From the NCBI RefSeq assembly GCF_000008665.1, contig NC_000917.1, forward strand, positions 1,380,001-1,412,000: DNA of 32,000 nucleotides, read 5' to 3'. Each line of letters opens with the position of its first letter. The first letter of the stretch is position 1. The notes under the pieces were generated by a model. That model had not been told where the DNA came from. It did no database searches and saw only the letters and a program-made list of their open reading frames with translations. This stretch comes from Archaeoglobus fulgidus DSM 4304 (GTDB lineage Archaea; Halobacteriota; Archaeoglobi; Archaeoglobales; Archaeoglobaceae). The position numbers were made by a program, and so were the translations under genes. Positions 8,633 through 17,830 of this stretch are shown in pieces.

Positions 8633-9780
8633 CCCGCAAGCTCAACAGCCTTTCTGGCTCCCTCTTCAATAGACTCCACGAAGTGGATTTCCGCCCCCTT
8701 CTCCGAACTGTACCTCTCAAGCATTTCCCTCCCGATTTCCTCATTTGTGCCCGCAAGCTTTACGACAAGCGGAACCTTTCTCGGAGCTTCGTCCAGTGCC
8801 AGAATGATTCCTTCAGCAACCTTTTCACACCTCGTTATCTCTGCGTAGATGTTTATGAAAACAACCCTCACATTCGGGTCCTTGAGAACGTGAAGGAGGC
8901 AATTTTTCATTTTAACCGGGTCAGCCAGGCCTCCTCCGGTATCAAGGAAGTTCGCCGGCTTTCCTCCCATCAGGTTGATTATGTCCATTGTGGCCATTGC
9001 AAGGCCCGCACCGTTTGCAATTACCCCCACATTCCCGCCAAGGTGGACGTAGTTGATTCCTTTCAGCCTCGCCTCCCTCTCAAGCGGGTCCTCCTCCGTT
9101 GCCTCCCTCAGTTCTGCAAGCTCCGGATGGCGGTAGAGGGCGTTGTCATCGGTGTTCAATCGGGCGTCGGCAGCCAAAAATCCCTCATCCGTCACCGCAA
9201 GGGGGTTTATCTCCGTCAGCTCAGCTTCGTAGGCAAATGCGATATCGACAAGTTTTTTGATTATGTCAAACATCTGCTTGAACTCCTCTCCTTCAAAGCC
9301 GGCTCTGAACAGAGCCTTGCGAACCTCGTAATCCTTCAGCCCCCAAAGGGGGTCGAAGTAAATCCTGTGTATTGCATCGGGGTGCTTCGCAGCTATTTCC
9401 TCCACATCCATACCTCCCATCCGACTGAAAATCACTGTGGGGAGCCTGCTCGACTTGTCAACGACGTAGCCCACGTAGTACTCCTTTCTCATATTGAGCT
9501 GCTCCTCCACAAGCACTTTCTCAACCCTGTGCCCTTTGATGGTCATGCCGAGAATCTTCTTTGCCACTTCCTTTGCCTCTTCCGGGCTGTTTGCCTTCTT
9601 AACACCCCCCGCCTTGCCCCTTCCACCAACCAAAATCTGGGCCTTAACCACAACCCTGCCTCCAAGTTTTTCCGCAATTTTCTCCGCCTCTTCAGGTGAT
9701 GTAGCAACCTCGCCCCGCGGAACCCTAATTCCGTGCTTTGCAAATATCTGCTTTGCCTGATGCTCGTGAAGGCGCATCAT
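8629..9780 (-). CDS. sucC: Succinyl-CoA synthetase-like (ADP-forming) beta subunit
   Basis: 383 aa; [60 protein letters not shown]. It overlaps sucD by 4 nt. Confidence 0.95.
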   Translation of the reverse strand: MMRLHEHQAKQIFAKHGIRVPRGEVATSPEEAEKIAEKLGGRVVVKAQILVGGRGKAGGVKKANSPEEAKEVAKKILGMTIKGHRVEKVLVEEQLNMRKEYYVGYVVDKSSRLPTVIFSRMGGMDVEEIAAKHPDAIHRIYFDPLWGLKDYEVRKALFRAGFEGEEFKQMFDIIKKLVDIAFAYEAELTEINPLAVTDEGFLAADARLNTDDNALYRHPELAELREATEEDPLEREARLKGINYVHLGGNVGVIANGAGLAMATMDIINLMGGKPANFLDTGGGLADPVKMKNCLLHVLKDPNVRVVFINIYAEITRCEKVAEGIILALDEAPRKVPLVVKLAGTNEEIGREMLERYSSEKGAEIHFVESIEEGARKAVELAG

Positions 9781-9923
9781 ACCACCCCATTTTCAACGAA
9801 ACCAAAAGGACTTCCGCCATTCTGCCTGCACATCCAACCACCTTTTAAGTTCGATTTAACATTCTCAATTTTTCAATATAAAAAATTTTCGGAATTTCTT
9901 TTCCAAAAAATTTAAATAGTAAC

Positions 9924-11042
9924 TTATGTTCTCCCCAACATTAAGAGTGTTGCAAAAGCGGCAACCTCTACCACCAGAACGAATCCAACAAGCAAAGCTG
10001 CAGAGATATCGTAAAGATAGCCCAGCACTGCCCCTCCAGCAAGCATTGCCACTCCAAAGACGGTGTTGAAGACGCCGTAGGCTGTGCTCCTCTTTTTGAC
10101 ACCCGTTAAATCAGCCACAGCAGCCCTCGTTATCGCTTCATGCATTCCCATAACAGCTCCCCATGCAGCAACTCCCACCAGAACCCCAATAATCGAGGGA
10201 TGGAGGGCGAGAAGAATCAGAGGTGTAAGCAAAGGAACCAGCATCAGCGTTTTCAGGCCAATTCTGTCGTAGCATCTGCCTGAGATTAGGGCAGAGATGG
10301 CATCAATCCCCATGGCAAGGGCGTAGAGGAGAGGGATGAGTTTTAAATCAACATATCCTGCCAGATGGTAGGAAAGGAGAGGAAAGCTGAGAAATCCCGC
10401 TACACTCAGGAAAACGAATAGGGAGTAGAGCCAGAAGCTCCCCTCAACTCTGCTCTCCTGCTCTTCAATCTCAAATCTCTGTGGTGTGGGGTAAAGCTTC
10501 CATGTTGCGAAAAGGAACAGTATCACGAGCAATGCTGGTAAAAAAAGGGCAATGAAAGCCTCCTTAAAGGTGTAGCCAGCCAGAGCTGAGAAAACTATCA
10601 GCGGCCCAATCACCGCTCCAACCTGATCCATCGCCTCATGGATGCCAAATCCTGTCCCCCTTCCAACCTGCTTTGTGGCGAAGGAAAGCATCGCATCCCT
10701 CGCAGGCGTTCTTATTGCCTTTCCCAGCCTCTCTGCAACTATCAGCAATGCAGCAATCCACCAGTAGTTTGCAAAGGCCAGCAAAGGAATGGCGAGAATG
10801 AGAGAGTATCCAAGAAATGTCAGAAGCCAGTAATTCCCCGTCCTGTCTGCGATGTAGCCTGAAAGCAATCTCAACCCGTAGCCTGCAAATTCCCCAAAGC
10901 CTGTAATGAGGCCTATAGCTGCAGCAGTCAAGCCAAAGGTGGCGAGATAGGGCCCAACTATGCTCCTCGCCCCCTCGTAGGTTATATCTCCGAAAAGGCT
11001 AACCAACCCCATCAGGAGAATGAACTTCATCGCCCTGTTCAT
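9924..11042 (-). CDS. Major facilitator superfamily transporter
   Basis: 372 aa; SLFGDITYEGARSIVGPYLATFGLTAAAIGLITG..., about 10-12 hydrophobic helices. Confidence 0.88.
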   Translation of the reverse strand: MNRAMKFILLMGLVSLFGDITYEGARSIVGPYLATFGLTAAAIGLITGFGEFAGYGLRLLSGYIADRTGNYWLLTFLGYSLILAIPLLAFANYWWIAALLIVAERLGKAIRTPARDAMLSFATKQVGRGTGFGIHEAMDQVGAVIGPLIVFSALAGYTFKEAFIALFLPALLVILFLFATWKLYPTPQRFEIEEQESRVEGSFWLYSLFVFLSVAGFLSFPLLSYHLAGYVDLKLIPLLYALAMGIDAISALISGRCYDRIGLKTLMLVPLLTPLILLALHPSIIGVLVGVAAWGAVMGMHEAITRAAVADLTGVKKRSTAYGVFNTVFGVAMLAGGAVLGYLYDISAALLVGFVLVVEVAAFATLLMLGRT

Positions 11043-11348
11043 TCACCTCTCCTCCATAATTTCTTCAAACAGCTCCTTAACCTTCTCTCTTGCATCATCA
11101 AGCAATTTCCACCCCTTTTCCGTTATTCTGTACATCTTTCTAACTCTACCATCAACCACAACCTTCCTCGACCTCAGCAACCCTTCCCTCTCCATCTCAT
11201 GGAGAATTGGATAAAGTGTGCCGGGGCTGATGGAGTATCCGTGCCTGCCAAGCTCTTCAATCATCCAGCTGCCGTAAATTTCCTCCTTTGAGGCATGGTA
11301 AAGAATGTGCACCCTCGCAAAGCCAAGAATGAGCTTCCTCGTTATCAT
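11043..11348 (-). CDS. PadR-family winged-helix transcriptional regulator
   Basis: 101 aa; GSWMIEELGRHGYSISPGTLYPILHEMEREGLLRSRKVVVDGRVRKMYRITEKG is diagnostic for PadR. Its TGA directly abuts the MFS ATG. Confidence 0.93.
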   Translation of the reverse strand: MITRKLILGFARVHILYHASKEEIYGSWMIEELGRHGYSISPGTLYPILHEMEREGLLRSRKVVVDGRVRKMYRITEKGWKLLDDAREKVKELFEEIMEER

Positions 11349-11363
11349 ATCGATTTTCGATAT
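11347..11363. promoter_or_regulatory. Perfect inverted repeat, candidate autoregulatory operator of padR
   Basis: ATATCGA-TTT-TCGATAT, overlapping the first bases of the padR start codon (minus-strand ATG at 11346-11348). A minus-strand TATA-like TTATAAAT lies about 25-30 nt upstream of the start. Confidence 0.6.
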
Positions 11364-11483
11364 CGGTTCTCGATTTATAAGGATTCCGTTTAAATACCGG
11401 GCTAATTGAATCGGTATGGGTGATGGCGTCCACCTTCAACCGCCGCTAAGGCTGATGACGCCTGTTCTCAGAGAGGTGAGAGT

Positions 11484-12299
11484 GTGGACGCAATCGACCT
11501 TAAGAGGCTCTCAGACTTCGTGAGGCATAGGCAGAACGAGGATGGTGGCTTTGCCTTCTGCAAACCCCTCCCATCAACCCTTGCGGAGACCTTCTACGCT
11601 GTCAGCATACTCACATCCATCGGGGAGGATGTTCCAAGAAGAGAGAAAGTAGTAGAATTTCTGAAATCAAGGATTCAGACAGAGATTAACTCCCTTTTTT
11701 ACACGCTGCACTCGCTAAATCTACTTGGAGAGGACCTTCCAGACTACTCTAGCTTTCTCCTGAAAAGGCTTGAGGGCTTGAAAGCGGAGAGGAAGTACCT
11801 TCTATCCGATGGAGGAGTGACTGCAACCTACACCTTCCTGCAGCCGAATGCACTGAGGGATGCCTACATGATTTCAACCCTTCTCCACCTCTACAACAGG
11901 GATGTACCAGAGGAAACAAAGATGCTTGTCAGACGATACAGGCGGGAGACTGAGTTTGGTGTGGGATACGGCGTTAAAAAACCAAATCTGGAGGAAACTT
12001 TCTACGCCTCATACATTCTAAGAGATAAGGCAGTCATCAGCTTCGTAAAAAGCTTTGAATCCAACGGGGGGTTTGCCAAACAACCGGGAGGCTACCCACC
12101 CTACTTGGAGGACACTTACTACGCCACCTCAACACTCTCGCTCCTAAGTCAGCGATATTCAAATCCCAGAACTGCTGAATTCATTGCCTCACTGCAAAAC
12201 GCCAATGGAGGGTTCCGGAGGAGCATTCATGGTGGAATCTCCACACTTGAAGACAGCTATTATGCTGTAGAGGTGCTGAGGAGGCTTGAGTTCAGGTGA
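11484..12299 (+). CDS. Prenyltransferase/squalene-oxidase repeat (alpha-toroid) protein
   Basis: GTG start preceded by GAGGTGAG. Repeated motifs are EDGGFAF...LAETFYAVSIL, ...LEETFYASYIL, SNGGFAKQPG...LEDTYYATSTL and NGGFRRSIHG...LEDSYYAVEVL. Confidence 0.82.
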   Translation: MDAIDLKRLSDFVRHRQNEDGGFAFCKPLPSTLAETFYAVSILTSIGEDVPRREKVVEFLKSRIQTEINSLFYTLHSLNLLGEDLPDYSSFLLKRLEGLKAERKYLLSDGGVTATYTFLQPNALRDAYMISTLLHLYNRDVPEETKMLVRRYRRETEFGVGYGVKKPNLEETFYASYILRDKAVISFVKSFESNGGFAKQPGGYPPYLEDTYYATSTLSLLSQRYSNPRTAEFIASLQNANGGFRRSIHGGISTLEDSYYAVEVLRRLEFR

Positions 12300-12361
12300 T
12301 GCGTTACACTACTTGGAATTTGCACGAAAAAATTAATATTTCTTCAGAAAATAGTATTATC

Positions 12362-12691
12362 ATGGCCAGTGACCTGCAGAAGAGGAAGAAGGAGTGGCTT
12401 GAAAAGCTCAAGAGGGATGGAAAGCTTCGAGACCCCACAGAAGACCACAGAATCGGACTCAGAGCTTTGCAGCACAGAGTGCGAAGGGAGATAATCAAGT
12501 TCATCGGTTACGGGAAAAGGAGCTTTGAGGAAATCGCAGAGAAGTTCAACTTATCCGAGGCGCAGGCCAGAATGCACTTGGACCTGCTTGAAGAAGCCCT
12601 GTTCGTCGAGTCGAGGGTGGAGAACGGGAAAAAGTACTATTACCTTACTCCACGCGGAGAGGCTTACCTCGAAAACGTAGAGTGGAGGTAA
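12362..12691 (+). CDS. ArsR-like winged-helix DNA-binding protein
   Basis: LRALQHRVRREIIKFIGYGKRSFEEIAEKFNLSEAQARMHLDLLEEALFVESRVENGKKYYYLTPRGEAYLENV. Start moved from 12296 to ATG 12362, which has an AT-rich TATA-like element about 25-30 nt upstream. Confidence 0.78.
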   Translation: MASDLQKRKKEWLEKLKRDGKLRDPTEDHRIGLRALQHRVRREIIKFIGYGKRSFEEIAEKFNLSEAQARMHLDLLEEALFVESRVENGKKYYYLTPRGEAYLENVEWR

Positions 12692-12784
12692 TCCCTCGTT
12701 ATAGTTTCATCCTAAACCTTTACTCGGCTTAGCTCTATTCTAAAAGATACAAAAGCTTTTATCCCAAAGAAGCAGAAAAAAGAT

Positions 12785-13492
12785 GTGTTTGGGTATCACG
12801 ATGTTGAGGACTTTCAGGCGGAGATAGGCGAATACAAAATAAAAACGGAAAGAATTGGCCCTTTTTACAGCTATGTTAGGGAAAATGGTGAAAGGAAAGA
12901 AAAGAATCTATCGGTTGAGACTGGAAGAATAATCGTCAATCCCGTCGAGCCCGTTAACCTGCCGAAGGAAATTACCAACTTTCTCCAAATCAAGTTCAGC
13001 AAACCCTTTCTCGCAGAGCCTAAATCCGCTGTGGAGGTTTACGCCACCTTTCCGGTTGAAATTGCGGTCTTCATTGCAGCAAAGAAGAATGTAGGGCTTG
13101 TTGACGTCTTCTCGCTTCAGAAGCCGAAATACACCCTCTACGGAAATCCAAGGGCTGGAATCATTTGCAGGTACTGGGAGAGTGAGCTTTACTCCGAAAT
13201 CCCGCAGGTTGACAAATACAGAGAGGGAGTTATAAAGCTCAGAATCGTCAACAGCGACGATGAGTGGGTTGAGGTCAGCAATGCAGTCTTCGACGTTTAC
13301 GGGATGAAGATATACTACAACGAAGAGATGGTTTGCTCCTCAGCCTCCGTCAACATAGTCTCACCCAAGGTTGCTGAAACGAGGTTCATCGAGCAGCCCC
13401 TGAGGGAGAAAATGAAGAAGGCTCTTGAGCTTTACACTGCCAGAAGAATCGCTGTAACTTCTTTAAAATTCGTTATGGAGTGGGGATTATGA
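12785..13492 (+). CDS. DUF432-like archaeal protein
   Basis: 235 aa, adjacent to and slightly overlapping a MscS channel gene. Family recognition is from memory. Confidence 0.6.
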   Translation: MFGYHDVEDFQAEIGEYKIKTERIGPFYSYVRENGERKEKNLSVETGRIIVNPVEPVNLPKEITNFLQIKFSKPFLAEPKSAVEVYATFPVEIAVFIAAKKNVGLVDVFSLQKPKYTLYGNPRAGIICRYWESELYSEIPQVDKYREGVIKLRIVNSDDEWVEVSNAVFDVYGMKIYYNEEMVCSSASVNIVSPKVAETRFIEQPLREKMKKALELYTARRIAVTSLKFVMEWGL

Positions 13493-14331
13493 TTGACGTG
13501 CTGAATTACAAGCTGTATGGAGACGTCACGGTTTACGACATTATCGTCGTTATTGTCGTCATGGCCCTTGCCACAATAATTGCAAAGCTCATAACAACCA
13601 ACCTAAGGAGGGCTCTGATTGACAAAATGAAGAGGGACCAGCTTGAGCTGATGCTCAAGGTTATCTACTTCGGAATAATCATCGTTGCCTTCATCGCAGT
13701 TTTGCCGGCTCTGGGCCTTGACCTTTCAGGTTTACTGGTTGCCGGTGGAATTACCGGAATTGTTCTAGGTTTTGCCAGCCAGAGCGTCGTTGCAAACCTC
13801 GTTTCGGGAATCTTCCTGATCTCGGAGAAACCGATAAAAATTGGAGATCAGGTTAACATTGACGGTGTGGCGGGCTTCGTCGAGGATGTTAACATCCTAT
13901 CAACCATTATAAGAACCTACGATGGTTTGTACGTCAGAATCCCAAACGAGAAGGTCTTCACGTCCAACATAACCAACTACGTCGCCCACATCGCAAGGAG
14001 GTTTGAGTACGTTGTGGGCATTAGGTACAGCGATGATGCTGAGAAAGCCATCGAGATAATAAAAAGAATTATTGAGGAGCACCCCTTCGCCCTGAAAAAT
14101 CCCGAGCCCGTGGTTTTCGTTGACAATCTTGGGGATAGCAGTGTGAACATCGTCGTGAGAATCTGGGCTCCCTCGACGGAGTGGTACAACGTGAAGATGG
14201 AGCTTCTCTGGAAGATAAAGACTGAGCTTGAGAAGAACGGAATCGAGATACCTTTCCCGCAGCGTGTGGTGTGGTTTGCCAACGAGTTGAGAGCCAATGT
14301 TGAGGGTAAGGAAGAGAGACGGCAGGCTTGA
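13480..14331 (+). CDS. MscS-family small-conductance mechanosensitive channel
   Basis: 283 aa; GLDLSGLLVAGGITGIVLGFASQSVVANLVSGIFLISEKPIKIGDQVNIDGVAGFVEDVNILSTIIRTYDG...IPNEKV. The start may be ATG 13489. Confidence 0.93.
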   Translation: MGIMIDVLNYKLYGDVTVYDIIVVIVVMALATIIAKLITTNLRRALIDKMKRDQLELMLKVIYFGIIIVAFIAVLPALGLDLSGLLVAGGITGIVLGFASQSVVANLVSGIFLISEKPIKIGDQVNIDGVAGFVEDVNILSTIIRTYDGLYVRIPNEKVFTSNITNYVAHIARRFEYVVGIRYSDDAEKAIEIIKRIIEEHPFALKNPEPVVFVDNLGDSSVNIVVRIWAPSTEWYNVKMELLWKIKTELEKNGIEIPFPQRVVWFANELRANVEGKEERRQA

Positions 14332-15093
14332 GGAGTTCAGCAGGGCGAAGATAGTCAGAACGTGCTTGAGGGCGGGAGCGAGCAAAAAAATCGCTGAAAA
14401 GGTTGCAGAGGAGTTGAAAAGAGGATATACGATGGGATAACTACTGACGAAGTTCTTGAGCTCGTCATCGAGCTTCTTTTCAAGCACAAGTATTCCAAGG
14501 CACAGAGGTACGACCTAAAGCGCTCCCTCATCCGCCTCGGTCCATCTGGCTTCGGCTTTGAGAAGTTCGTGGCGAGGTTGCTGGAAGAGCATGGCTTTGA
14601 GACGAAAACAAACGTCATAGTTCAGGGCAACTGCGTTGAGCAGGAGATTGACGTTGTTGCTGAGAGAGATGGAGAGAGGTATATGATTGAGTGCAAGTTC
14701 CACAACATTCCCGTTTACACTGGCTTAAAGGAGGCCATGTACACCTACGCCCGATTTCTTGATGTCGAGAAGCATGGCTTCACCCAGCCATGGATTTTCA
14801 CCAACACAAAGTTCTCGGAGGAGGCAAAGAAGTATGCAGGCTGCGTGGGGATAAAGCTGACTGGCTGGAGCTATCCTGAGAAGGAGGGAATTGAGGTTCT
14901 GCTGGAGTCCAAGGGGCTGTATCCCATTACAATTCTGAGAATCGACAAGGAGGTTTTAGATGAGCTTGTAAGGGCGGGACTGGTTTTCTGCAGGGATGTT
15001 GTCAGTGCGGGAGAGGAGAAGCTGAGGGAGATTGGGTTGAGCGCTAAAAAAGCAAGAGAAGTGATTGCAGAGGCTAAAAAGGTTATAGGTTAA
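14297..15093 (+). pseudogene. ATP-cone plus Mrr-like restriction-endonuclease-fold protein, interrupted by an apparent one-base frameshift near 14423
   Basis: Frame A from ATG 14297 reads MLRVRKRDGRLEEFSRAKIVRTCLRAGASKKIAEKVAEELKRG and hits TAA at 14438-14440. From 14425 another frame continues IYDGITTDEVLELVIELLFKHKYSKAQRYDLKRSLIRLGPSGFGFEKFVARLLEEHGFETKTNVIVQG...EQEIDVVAERDGERYMIECKFH to 15093. Together they make one continuous ATP-cone and nuclease-like domain. Confidence 0.75.
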
Positions 15094-15377
15094 TCCTGCT
15101 CCGTCTTAACGGACTCAACTATAATCTTACCAGCAACAACCTCATCCACGCTGTGAATAACACCACCAAGGTCCTCAATCACACCCTTAATCTGCTCGTA
15201 GTCGAGGTTGTTGCCGAGAATAGTGATTTTTATGTTCTCCGTGGCCTGATCAATTTCTGAAAGGTGGATGTTCACACCATCGACATTCTCAAGCTCGCTT
15301 AGCTTTAAAGCAAAAACTATGGTTTTCGGCTCGTGGGGCTTTAACACGTCGAGCACGAGTCTTCTCAAGCCCTTCAC
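15090..15377 (-). CDS. DUF211 family protein (ferredoxin-like fold)
   Basis: 95 aa; GLRRLVLDVLKPHEPKTIVFALKLSELENVDGVNIHLSEIDQATENIKITILGNNLDYEQIKGVIEDLGGVIHSVDEVVAGK. Confidence 0.88.
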   Translation of the reverse strand: MKGLRRLVLDVLKPHEPKTIVFALKLSELENVDGVNIHLSEIDQATENIKITILGNNLDYEQIKGVIEDLGGVIHSVDEVVAGKIIVESVKTEQD

Positions 15378-15414
15378 AGTAAAAGCTTAATAGCTCCTTA
15401 TTTAACATTTTTGC

Positions 15415-16056
15415 ATGTTCGATTTGCACGTCCACTCCGTTTTCAGCGACGGAGAACTGATCCCCTCAGAAATTGCAAGGAGGATGTACGCTGCGGGCAA
15501 CAAAGGCTTTGCCATTACCGACCACGCGGACTTCACCAACATTCAGGATATTCTGGCAAAGCTGACCAGAATAAAGGAGCACATGGAAAGCTACGAGGCC
15601 AAGTTTCTTGTTGGCGTTGAAATCACTCACGTTCCTCCCAGTCTCATCGGCAAAGCCGTGGAGCTTGCTTGGAAGGAAGGAGCGGAAATTGTTGTCGTTC
15701 ATGGCGAAACCGTAGCCGAGCCGGTAAAGGAGGGCACCAATCTCGCTGCACTGAGTGAGGAAATAACAATCTTGGCCCATCCGGGCATAATGAGCGAAGA
15801 GGAGGCTGAGCTGGCCAGAGAAAACGGAATTTACGTTGAGATTTCAGCCAGAAGGGGGCACTGCCTCGGCAACGGGAGAGTTGCGAGGCTTGCAGAGAAG
15901 TACGGCTTTGAGCTTGTCATAAACACGGACATGCACTCCCCCTCGGACATAATCAATGACTCCACCGCTGAGAGGATTTTAAAGGGTGCCGGAGTAAAGG
16001 AGTGGAAGTCGGTGCTGGAAAATAACGAGAAGCTGTTCAGAAAGCTCAGAAAATAG
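15415..16056 (+). CDS. PHP-domain metal-dependent phosphoesterase
   Basis: 213 aa; FDLHVHSVFSDGELIPSEIARRMYAAGNKGFAITDHADF, VGVEITHV, VVHGET, LAHPG, INTDMHSPSD. Confidence 0.9.
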   Translation: MFDLHVHSVFSDGELIPSEIARRMYAAGNKGFAITDHADFTNIQDILAKLTRIKEHMESYEAKFLVGVEITHVPPSLIGKAVELAWKEGAEIVVVHGETVAEPVKEGTNLAALSEEITILAHPGIMSEEEAELARENGIYVEISARRGHCLGNGRVARLAEKYGFELVINTDMHSPSDIINDSTAERILKGAGVKEWKSVLENNEKLFRKLRK

Positions 16057-16924
16057 CCTTCTTTTCGGCTTTATTTCTTATCATATCGTAGGTCATGAAA
16101 TCGACGATTTTTCTAAGCTTCTCCTTCTCCGGACTTTCATCAAAATATTCCAGAGAGCTTAAGCTCCTCTCAACGAAGGTACTTATCTTCTCCATGACCT
16201 TGTTAACACCCTCCTCCTTCCCGTACTTTTCCTCGTAAATCTGCGGAAGCGTTCTCGATTCAAACACCGAGTGCTTGTCATCCAGAAGTCTGAGATACTC
16301 GAGCAGGTCATCCACGATTTGGTAAGCAATTCCGAGATTCAGGCCGTAGTCGAAGAGTTTATCCGCGGCAATGCGGTCTTCGCAAACGATTTTACAAGCG
16401 CTCTTTGCGGAGTAGGCAAACAAAGCAGCGGTCTTCTTTTCTATGCACTCAAAGTAGTCCTTTTCGGTAAAATTTTCCTTGATGCTGTAGATGTCAAGAA
16501 CCTCGCCCTCAGACATCATCATTCCAACGTTCGAGAAGTCCCTGATAATCTCCTCCCCGTATTTTGAAGTCAGCTCCACCGACTTGGAAATCAGCCAGTC
16601 CCCGAGGACTATTGCCAGAGAGATGTCGTACTTTTTGTGCAAGGCTTCCCTCTTTCTTCGCTTTTCAGCCTTATCGATAACATCGTCATGAACCAAGCTT
16701 GCGGTGTGAATTAGCTCAACTGAGAGCGCAAGGTTCATTACATCAGCATAATCGCCGCCACACAGCTTGGCGGAGAGAAGGACTATAACAGGCCTGCTTC
16801 TTTTCCCGCCTGCGGTTATAGCGTAGGCAAGACCCTTCTTTATTTTTGGAGTAGCCTCTACCGATTCCACAAACTTCTTCAAGCTGTCCTCAAAAATCCT
16901 GTATTCTTCCCAGGTATCAATCAC
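16046..16924 (-). CDS. Polyprenyl (isoprenyl) diphosphate synthase-like protein, divergent
   Basis: 292 aa, GTG start; GGKRSRPVIVLLSAKLCGG, ELIHTASLVHDDVIDKAEKRR (first Asp-rich motif), YQIVDDLLEY (altered second motif). Confidence 0.85.
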   Translation of the reverse strand: MIDTWEEYRIFEDSLKKFVESVEATPKIKKGLAYAITAGGKRSRPVIVLLSAKLCGGDYADVMNLALSVELIHTASLVHDDVIDKAEKRRKREALHKKYDISLAIVLGDWLISKSVELTSKYGEEIIRDFSNVGMMMSEGEVLDIYSIKENFTEKDYFECIEKKTAALFAYSAKSACKIVCEDRIAADKLFDYGLNLGIAYQIVDDLLEYLRLLDDKHSVFESRTLPQIYEEKYGKEEGVNKVMEKISTFVERSLSSLEYFDESPEKEKLRKIVDFMTYDMIRNKAEKKAIF

Positions 16925-16989
16925 TCAGGTTCTTTCATGGTGTTGAACTTATAACATTTTCGAGATTTTTTATCACTCTCAAAATCCAC

Positions 16990-17784
16990 TCACTCCCTCC
17001 AGGCAATCAGAACTCCAGCCAGAATCATCGCTCCTCCAATTAGCTGGGTTAAGGTAAGTGTTTCCCCAAAATAAAAGTATCCAACGAGGCCGGCGCAAAG
17101 GGGCTCAATGAGAGCGAGAATCGGGGCCCTCTGAACCTTAACGTACTTCATTCCGTAAGAAAACAGGACAAAGGGAACTGCCGTTGGCACAACACCAAGC
17201 CCAATCGCCCACAGCCAACTGCCTACCCTCCCAAACATCAAAAAATAAGGGAGTAGTGCAGCGGAGCCTAAACCCAAATTGTAGAAGGTGATTCTCCAGG
17301 GAGAGTGCTTTTTTCTCGCCTCCTTCGACAGAACAAAGACGATGGCATAGCTTAAACCTGAGACTATTCCGAAAATGATGCCGAAAGTTAGCTCTGCATA
17401 CGGTGTGAGCATGAGGTAAAGCCCAATGAGTCCCAGAGGGAGGGCGAGTAGAGTTTTTACCTCCACCCTCTCGCCCATCAATACGGAGAGGGGGATTACA
17501 TAAACGGGTGCCATGTAAAGGAGGAGGGCAGCCATCGCAACCTCTGTGCTCTGTATAGCCGCTATGTAGGATGCAACAGTTAGGAAGTTAAAAACAGCGA
17601 GTCCCAGTAACGTTCGGTCTGGTCTGCCGACATCTCTCAGGCAGAAAGGCAGAACTGCGAGAAATCCGAAGAAAAGCCTGAGAAAGGTTACGGAGAGCGT
17701 ATCTCCCCCAACGTTCCTGACGAAGACCGAAACAGTTCCCATAAGAACTGCCGACAGAACTATCGCCGCCTCTCCATATCGCAT
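16990..17784 (-). CDS. EamA/DMT-family transporter
   Basis: MRYGEAAIVLSAVLMGTVSVFVRNVGGDTLSVTFLRLFFGF...APILALIEPLCAGLVGYFYFGETLTLTQLIGGAMILAGV. Start at ATG 17784; the 50 residues upstream in the 17934 ORF look non-coding. Confidence 0.87.
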   Translation of the reverse strand: MRYGEAAIVLSAVLMGTVSVFVRNVGGDTLSVTFLRLFFGFLAVLPFCLRDVGRPDRTLLGLAVFNFLTVASYIAAIQSTEVAMAALLLYMAPVYVIPLSVLMGERVEVKTLLALPLGLIGLYLMLTPYAELTFGIIFGIVSGLSYAIVFVLSKEARKKHSPWRITFYNLGLGSAALLPYFLMFGRVGSWLWAIGLGVVPTAVPFVLFSYGMKYVKVQRAPILALIEPLCAGLVGYFYFGETLTLTQLIGGAMILAGVLIAWRE

Positions 17785-17830
17785 ACATCTAAACCAAACC
17801 ACTTTTAAAAAACTTTGACCCAATCTATCT

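Noticed and set aside
7952-8848. 298-aa plus-strand ORF
   Set aside because: Antisense to sucD/sucC, no recognisable family; codon-bias artefact.
8683-9699. 338-aa plus-strand ORF
   Set aside because: Antisense to sucC, His/Cys/Ser-rich non-biological composition.
13900-14487. 195-aa minus-strand ORF spanning the mscS 3' end
   Set aside because: Antisense to mscS and the ATP-cone segment, no motif, better explained by the plus-strand proteins.
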